Origin: a virus
Lineage: Duplodnaviria; Caudoviricetes
Direction: 5' to 3' (one strand)
Virus record (IMG/VR): IMGVR_UViG_3300022539_000112
Location: 1-48,430 of that record
DNA: 48,430 bases
Shown here: positions 46,231 through 48,430 of the stretch, piece by piece
Numbering within the stretch: the first letter of the stretch is position 1
Layout of the letters: every line of letters begins with the position of its first letter
Position numbers and translations under genes: made by a program
The notes under the pieces: generated by a model
Told to the model about the DNA's origin: nothing
Database searches by the model: none
Seen by the model: the letters and a program-made list of their open reading frames with translations, nothing else

Positions 46231-46692
46231 ATGCCAACATATCCTGTAATAGACATAGTTAATTGCAAGCCTGTCTTTGGAAAGCCACGCAGCAAGGAAA
46301 CGATTTCGATAGAGGAAATACTGGATGATGTGAAATTCGGCGGGGCATTAAAGACTTTAACGCCTCTTGAATACATCACAGAACAACAGAGACGGTGGTA
46401 CAAAGGCGTATGCCTGCGAGACCTTGTGAAGAACGATGAGAACGGCGAGACAATGGACTGGTGGGATACGGAGGTTAAGTCTAAGTGCAAAGGCTTGGCA
46501 TATCTAAAGAAAGAGGGTATTGTCGTAGAGCTTAAACTTGGTGACGAAATAACTCGTGTAACCATTGGCAGGCTAACAACAAAAAATGTCGGCAGAAGAA
46601 ATATGTCCTTGTTTATGGAAGAAATTATTTCGCAGTCAATGACAAGAGGTTGGAACATAGGCCCCCCAGACCCGGAACTTAGGAGTTTCTAA
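46231..46692 (+). CDS. NinB/Orf-like recombination protein
   Basis: TEQQRRWYKG...TTKNV...MSLFMEEI...PPDP pattern. Confidence 0.55.
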   Translation: MPTYPVIDIVNCKPVFGKPRSKETISIEEILDDVKFGGALKTLTPLEYITEQQRRWYKGVCLRDLVKNDENGETMDWWDTEVKSKCKGLAYLKKEGIVVELKLGDEITRVTIGRLTTKNVGRRNMSLFMEEIISQSMTRGWNIGPPDPELRSF

Positions 46693-46799
46693 AGAAGAAA
46701 GCTGTGATAAGGCGGCGAAACAGCAAAGTCACCCCGCTTGAAAGTTTCTTCCTGCCGTAGAGCAGGACGCCGCCTTTATTTTAAGCAAGGAAGCGACAA

Positions 46800-47201
46800 A
46801 TGGCAAAGAGCAAACGAAGGAAATTGACCGATAAGTTGGATAAGATATGCCTAAAAGTCATAAGGCTAAGAGACGATAATATATGCCAGCGATGCCATAG
46901 GATGATTAAAGGCTCTAACAGCCATCCCTGCCATGTTGTAGCCAAAGGTGGTGGTGCAAGTTTAAGACGTTGGGACTTACTGAATATCTTCTTAGGCTGT
47001 ATGTTCTGCCATAGATGGTGGCACGATAATCCAACCGAAAGTGGGAAATGGTTTGCGGAGAAATTTCCTGTCCAGGAAGCATATCTTGAAATATACCGTT
47101 ATGGCAAGCCAGCCAAGATAAGCACGGCAGAGATGGAAACATTGTATGAAGTGCTTAAACAAAAGCTCGAAGACTTGAGAGGCACGGATGCAGGAGAATA
47201 A
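46800..47201 (+). CDS. ninG: NinG/Rap-like recombination endonuclease
   Basis: LDK...IRLRD..CQRC...CH...RWDLLN..GCMFCH. Confidence 0.75.
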   Translation: MAKSKRRKLTDKLDKICLKVIRLRDDNICQRCHRMIKGSNSHPCHVVAKGGGASLRRWDLLNIFLGCMFCHRWWHDNPTESGKWFAEKFPVQEAYLEIYRYGKPAKISTAEMETLYEVLKQKLEDLRGTDAGE

Positions 47202-47337
47202 GATATATTACCACCACTATTGTTACGATTGCTGTTGTTGGTACGTCAGCGACAAGCGCCACGCCCGCTGCTGGTCTTGCAATTCAGAGAATACGATAAA
47301 TTGTTTTCGGGAAAAATACGATGAATCAATGGCATAA
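47188..47337 (+). CDS. small zinc-ribbon protein (49 aa)
   Basis: CYDC...CWSCNSEN; overlaps both neighbours. Confidence 0.5.
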   Translation: MQENKIYYHHYCYDCCCWYVSDKRHARCWSCNSENTINCFREKYDESMA

Positions 47338-48430
47338 TTGCTACGATGAAGGCTGGCAAGGGATAATAGTCCCGGAAGCCTTCAGTCACCCGGCGAAGAT
47401 GGCCTATGGCCTCTTAAAGCGTATCCTTGCCCACATCAAGATACAGGGCTGGCTCGAGGAAGGGGACGTTATAGTTGACCCCTTCGGCGGTATCGGCTCT
47501 ACGGGCATCCTGGGGGCTTATGAGGGGTATCAGTGTGTGATGGTAGAGTTGGAGTCTAAGTTTGTTGAATTGGCTCGGCAGAATTTTGAGCTTCATTGCA
47601 ACGCTTGGGCAAAGTTTAATAATCCTATGCCCGCGATGTTACAGGGCGATTCCCGCCAATTATGCCAAATCGTAGAAAAGGCCGACTGCATTGTTAAAAA
47701 AGACTTGACAAATACAAATAAGTGCTGTAACATAAGTGAAAAACAGGAGAACACTTATGAAAACAGTAAAAGAGAGACAATTAGCAGGAATAATGCGGAT
47801 AAGCAAATTGGCAAAGCAAAAATGGGCAAAACGCAAAGCCGAAATCAAGTTTCTGTATTACGAGATGGACATGAGCCAAGAACAAATAGCTCTATATTAC
47901 AAGACGACACAACAGGCGATACAACAAGTAATGAAGAAATTAAGTCTGAAAGTGCTGTCAAGGGGCAGGCGAAAGGGCAAACATCATCACAACTTTATAC
48001 ACGGCAAAAGCAGTCGGTTATATCGAATGGTGATAGAAAAGGACAAATGCCGTCGATGCGGGGTAACGGAAAATCTGGGGATTCACCACAAAAACGACGA
48101 CCATTACGACCATCGGCTGGAAAATCTGGAAATCTTATGCAATCCTTGTCACATGAGCATAACCAAAAAGAAATGGTGGGCGGCAAAGAAAGCGGGGATT
48201 CCAACGCCAAAGAGCAATGCACCAATGGGATGGAAGCGGTAGCAGATATAATAATCTCAAGCCCGCCGTACGCAGAAGGACTTGGACATGGTGGTAAGCC
48301 AACAAGAAAAGCAGGTCGTACAGATGACGCTAATTTGGATGCTATGCAGAATGGTTATGGCCAAACTTCTGGAAATCTCGGCAATCTCAAGTCCGGCGAT
48401 GTCGATGCAATTATTAGCTCGCCGCCGTAT
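47321..48430 (+). CDS. amino (N4-C/N6-A) DNA methyltransferase, 3'-truncated by window, with in-frame insert
   Basis: Hand translation open for 370 codons: HPAKM, VDPFGGIGST (motif I), VELE, QGDSR, two IISSPPY (motif IV); absent from ORF track because there is no stop. Confidence 0.88.
   Translation, partial: MNQWHNCYDEGWQGIIVPEAFSHPAKMAYGLLKRILAHIKIQGWLEEGDVIVDPFGGIGSTGILGAYEGYQCVMVELESKFVELARQNFELHCNAWAKFNNPMPAMLQGDSRQLCQIVEKADCIVKKDLTNTNKCCNISEKQENTYENSKRETISRNNADKQIGKAKMGKTQSRNQVSVLRDGHEPRTNSSILQDDTTGDTTSNEEIKSESAVKGQAKGQTSSQLYTRQKQSVISNGDRKGQMPSMRGNGKSGDSPQKRRPLRPSAGKSGNLMQSLSHEHNQKEMVGGKESGDSNAKEQCTNGMEAVADIIISSPPYAEGLGHGGKPTRKAGRTDDANLDAMQNGYGQTSGNLGNLKSGDVDAIISSPPY
47705..47749 (+). 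promoter_or_regulatory. internal promoter and RBS for nested HNH gene
   Basis: TTGACA-17nt-TAACAT with TG just upstream; AGGAG 7 nt before ATG 47757. Confidence 0.7.
47757..48242 (+). CDS. HNH homing endonuclease nested in +1 frame within the methyltransferase gene
   Basis: HTH-like SQEQIALYY, CRRCG...IHHKNDDHYDHRLENLEILCNPCH. Confidence 0.9.
   Translation: MKTVKERQLAGIMRISKLAKQKWAKRKAEIKFLYYEMDMSQEQIALYYKTTQQAIQQVMKKLSLKVLSRGRRKGKHHHNFIHGKSSRLYRMVIEKDKCRRCGVTENLGIHHKNDDHYDHRLENLEILCNPCHMSITKKKWWAAKKAGIPTPKSNAPMGWKR

Noticed and set aside
3914-48225. Many minus-strand and alternate-frame ORFs overlapping long plus-strand genes
   Set aside because: Shadow ORFs without RBS or motifs; only the HNH/MTase overlap has recognisable motifs in both frames
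47696-48241. Intein or group I intron in the methyltransferase
   Set aside because: No intein terminal motifs in the MTase frame, the nuclease is in a different frame, and promoter plus ORF fill the insert leaving no room for a ribozyme core; not formally excluded without RT-PCR
1-48430. Alternative genetic code, or a specific host assignment
   Set aside because: Genes are intact under the standard code and all three stops are used; the host cannot be supported from the sequence alone

Overview
This window is almost entirely a tailed dsDNA phage or prophage segment with podovirus-like (P22-type) organisation, and both ends are cut mid-element. From left to right it holds: a cluster of tRNA-like and structured RNAs; a minus-strand array of small genes; terS and terL; virion accessory genes; portal, scaffold and major capsid; four paralogous decoration-like genes; an adaptor; an ~8.3 kb nonulosonic (pseudaminic-like) sugar biosynthesis and transfer cluster inside the morphogenesis operon; tail and ejection proteins (one with an ADP-ribosyltransferase-like module); early and recombination genes; and a DNA methyltransferase that runs off the right end. 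The main candidates for new biology are four. (1) A phage virion-glycosylation system: many predicted surface proteins are strongly enriched in a D(/C/E)-x-S/T motif that behaves like a sequon, next to a sugar pathway with a Maf-like transferase candidate. (2) An HNH endonuclease gene with its own promoter lies entirely inside the methyltransferase gene in another frame, and the methyltransferase frame stays open. (3) Promoter-leader elements recur in which a terminator loop is complementary to the leader start region. (4) Several degenerate tRNA-like RNAs are present. Protein calls are from motif recognition by eye, counts are hand counts, and no database searches were run.
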